Source of the DNA: Camelus dromedarius
Taxonomy: Eukaryota
Direction of reading: 5' to 3'
NCBI RefSeq assembly: GCF_036321535.1
Contig: NC_087447.1
Span: 38,814,001 to 38,878,000 of the forward strand
DNA: 64,000 nucleotides
Under the pieces are notes generated by a model that was not told where the DNA came from, did not search any database, and worked only from the letters and a program-made list of their open reading frames with translations. Of the stretch, positions 62,672-64,000 are shown one piece after another; position 1 is the stretch's first letter, and the number at the start of each line of letters is the position of its first letter. Made by a program: the position numbers and the translations under genes.

Positions 62672-63300
62672 GAATTGACAAGACAGAGGGGTTTGGGCTT
62701 GGGTGGTCCAACTAGGGCTAGGTAGTCCTTATAATAAAAGGCACAATAATAATTTTAGACTCTTAAGGTTATGGTGATTCTTTTTCTCTACTTCTTCCTT
62801 GACAGTGAAGTTTCTCAGAAATGTTTACTTCTCAAAACACATCTGGGAAAAAAAACAAAAAACACTTGAGCCCCTAGATATGGAGAGTCAGCTTGGTCCT
62901 ATCTCTTCTCTGAACAGTCTATTCCAAGGGAAACAGTGACGCCCTGTCCAGCTCGGACCCCTGATAGGGAGGGTCCTCTGGGGCTTATAGTTCATGCTGT
63001 TAATTTTCAAGTTAACCCCTTAAGGACAGCCAACTGTGTCATCCCATTTGTCTTTAGACTGGATATGGTGGCATCTGGATTCTGAAGTTGCAATGTGTTC
63101 CCAGACAAGCCCCCATCTGCCTTAAGACGGGCTGTTTTAGATGGTGATAATGAAAGAAGGCAGCTCCGAGGCAGAGGGTGACTCCTAGGAAGAGCTGTCA
63201 GTGCCCTGGAAAAGTGTGCAGATCTGGCAGGATGGGAAAACAAGCCGCTGTGCACACAAAGCAGAAACTTTGAGCTGCATTGGCCAGGCAGGGGGTCAGA

Positions 63301-63309
63301 GTGTGTGTG

Positions 63310-63342
<33 letters not shown>
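63301..63342. repeat. (GT)n microsatellite
   Basis: Seen directly. Confidence 0.95.
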
Positions 63343-63343
<1 letters not shown>

Positions 63344-64000
63344 AGCATGCCCGTGCATGAGATGGAAGGTAGGCATGGGTGGATGCTGACCATTTCTCTC
63401 CAACACGCTGGCTTAGTTCAGATCTCCAGCTCTACTTGCACTTTAGCAACAGTCTCCTGTAAAGAAATGAAAGTAAAACACAGAACTTCCCATTTGAGAG
63501 GATAAAGAGGAGACTTGGCAAAAAAAGTATCTGGCCAAAGAGCCCATACCAAAGTCTCTCATCTCCCACTTGAAAGTGCTCCCCCCGCTTTTCCTACCAC
63601 TGCCACCATTCAGACCCCGAAAATCAGGTGGAGGGAGGAAGTACAGTTTTGTGGTTCTGGCCCAAGTATGGGCTTAAATCTTTACCCACAGCTTCATTTA
63701 GCACAGCTGAGAAAGATGGAAATTTCAAGGAAACTTCACTAAATCCAGAGACAGAACAGTAAAGAAGTAATTCCCCAAATGCGAACTGCATAGGAATAGC
63801 ATGATTTCCAGAGTTTTCTGAGGCTGCAGAAATGAGCTGCTAGTCCCATAGGAATAGACATAGCCAGATTTCCAGAGTCCACATTTCCATAAAGGCAGCA
63901 GGAAATTCCTGGCCCCAGAGAGCTGGCAGGCCCTACCAGCCATGGCCACATCACTTCCCGCCCAACTCCCAGCCTGGCTCCTTCAACAAGCACCATTCTG

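Overview
Eukaryotic, mammalian DNA that is repeat-rich and mostly non-coding. Four tRNA-derived SINEs resemble the camelid vic-1 family, so the source is probably alpaca, llama or camel (inference). The only confidently recognised gene-derived sequence is a processed pseudogene of TMX4 (about 30845-33171), which is intronless and has a poly(A), a target-site duplication (TSD), three premature stops and a frameshift. The rest is LINE-1, L2, MIR, hAT/TcMar DNA transposon fossils, MaLR/ERVL solo LTRs and microsatellites. The most unusual structures are: (i) an L1 made only of 5'UTR+ORF1 that ends at the ORF1 stop codon, has no poly(A), yet is bracketed by a perfect 15-bp duplication; (ii) a related TSD-flanked L1 in which the 5'UTR joins directly to mid-ORF2; (iii) a twin-primed 5'-inverted L1; (iv) a 69-bp dispersed direct repeat; and (v) a tentative three-exon 5' coding start at 60679-61754 whose ATG lies in an RFX X-box-like motif. 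I find no CRISPR array, prokaryote-type system or demonstrably new biological system. Repeat family names come from recalled consensus similarity, not a database search, and boundaries of old repeats are approximate.
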